A stretch of DNA of 64,000 bases from Antedon mediterranea (Eukaryota > Animalia > Echinodermata): contig NC_092673.1 in assembly GCF_964355755.1 (NCBI RefSeq), positions 13,550,948-13,614,947 of the forward strand. The letters run 5' to 3'. Made by a program: the position numbers and the translations under genes. Of this stretch, positions 63,651 through 64,000 are shown in pieces. A model generated the notes under the pieces. That model saw nothing but the letters and a program-made list of their open reading frames with translations. It ran no database searches and was not told the DNA's origin. Within the stretch, counting starts at the first letter, position 1, and every line of letters begins with the position of its first letter.

Positions 63651-64000
63651 CTAAAAAATACAATTTAATAACAGAATGTACTCCGACTTTTTGCATTAAT
63701 ACAATGTACCCGCCAAAGTACAATTGTCATGTTTTACGAAGGCCAACAATGTCTACTAATCATTTTCCATTGTCACACTAATATGCATGAACGTAGTATA
63801 TTAATATATTAAATTCATATTTACTTCAATTTTGCTCGACAGCGTCGAAACCAACCGATTACTCTCTTTTATAAGGGCAGTTATTGAAACGTTTTTCCCA
63901 ATAACTAGTTGGTTTGCCTCCGCGGCCACTTGCCCCCAGAGTACGATATCCATGTTTACGTCATCGCACTCCAGTTTAATACTCTTTCTTTTATACTTTG

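Overview
AT-rich eukaryotic, most likely invertebrate, genomic DNA made up almost entirely of transposable elements and pseudogenes; no intact host gene is evident. Main contents: (1) a near-complete but disabled PIF/Harbinger element (Myb/SANT gene plus transposase, convergent); (2) a 7.9-kb nested and tandem stack of five Helentron-type non-autonomous elements (HINE/DINE-1-like), with a sixth free copy and a 130-bp mini-HINE elsewhere; (3) Academ, P, hAT, Harbinger, Kolobok and mariner-type relics and MITEs; (4) a NOF/Foldback-like (MULE) transposase gene with a spliced C-terminal USP-like cysteine protease module, flanked by a 142-bp tandem array; (5) a ZU5(-UPA) pseudogene followed by a series of 42-nt symmetric micro-exons; (6) two BEN-domain-like gene relics; (7) several LINE fragments; (8) a nearly intact CR1-Zenon-like LINE interrupted by a young Mag-like Gypsy element with identical 94-bp LTRs and an open gag-PR-RT-RH frame but no integrase. 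All family assignments come from recognising motifs by eye; no database search was run.
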